Source: a virus
DNA length: 64,000 nucleotides
Strand: one strand, 5' to 3'
IMG/VR virus record: IMGVR_UViG_3300037418_002743
Span: 41,276-105,275 of that record
A model generated the notes under the pieces. That model searched no databases. It was not told where the DNA came from and worked only from the letters and a program-made list of their open reading frames with translations. The position numbers and the translations under genes were made by a program. Of the stretch, positions 63,935 to 64,000 are shown piece after piece (positions within the stretch are counted from its first letter, which is position 1; each line of letters opens with the position of its first letter).

Positions 63935-64000
63935 GGCGCTGATCTCCTTCGTGATCGGGGAGGGGGCCAGGGGGTGGGGTGGGGCCCCCACCCCCACGTC

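Larger units (their letters stand above)
1..64000. mobile_element. Temperate myovirus-like actinophage / probable conjugative phage-plasmid (partial; continues beyond both edges)
   Basis: Contractile tail module, lysis cassette, recombination/replication genes, cI/cro-like pair, ParA partition and TraB conjugation genes all contiguous; no host housekeeping genes seen. Confidence 0.88.

Noticed and set aside
1-64000. Integrase/att sites, tRNA or rRNA genes
   Set aside because: None recognised by eye; they may lie outside the window

Overview
Very high-GC actinobacterial DNA that reads as most of one temperate, contractile-tailed phage genome, probably a phage-plasmid. The head and terminase genes lie beyond the right edge, and I saw no integrase. 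Almost all genes are on the minus strand. Right arm (38.5-64 kb): head-tail adaptor, neck, sheath, tube, tail chaperone with a -1 frameshift, tape measure with a lytic transglycosylase, LysM protein, hub, spike, gp25, baseplate J, fibres, GH25 endolysin and holin, plus a large Ala/Ser/Thr-repeat appendage module. Middle (28-38 kb): a Streptomyces-plasmid-type conjugation module (TraB/FtsK translocase, TraA-like, Spd-like membrane proteins, GIY-YIG), a DUF6879/XRE-DUF5753 operon, and ParA plus an RHH protein with repeat clusters. Left arm (0-28 kb): cI/cro-like switch, YqaJ/RecT, DEDDh exonuclease, DUF2303, a replication initiator with internal iterons, RusA, DUF932 and many small unknown genes. 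The most striking non-genic signals are (i) 18 copies of a promoter cassette, TTGNNN-N16-TANNNT, whose spacer is filled by a 17-bp palindrome TACCGCG-N3-CGCGGTA, with ten copies driving leaderless micro-genes that mostly start ATGACGAAC (MTN...), and (ii) nine co-oriented hairpins with variable stems and an invariant CUGCCA loop, followed by UCCCUCCC and the RBS. All family assignments come from motif recognition by eye, not database searches.
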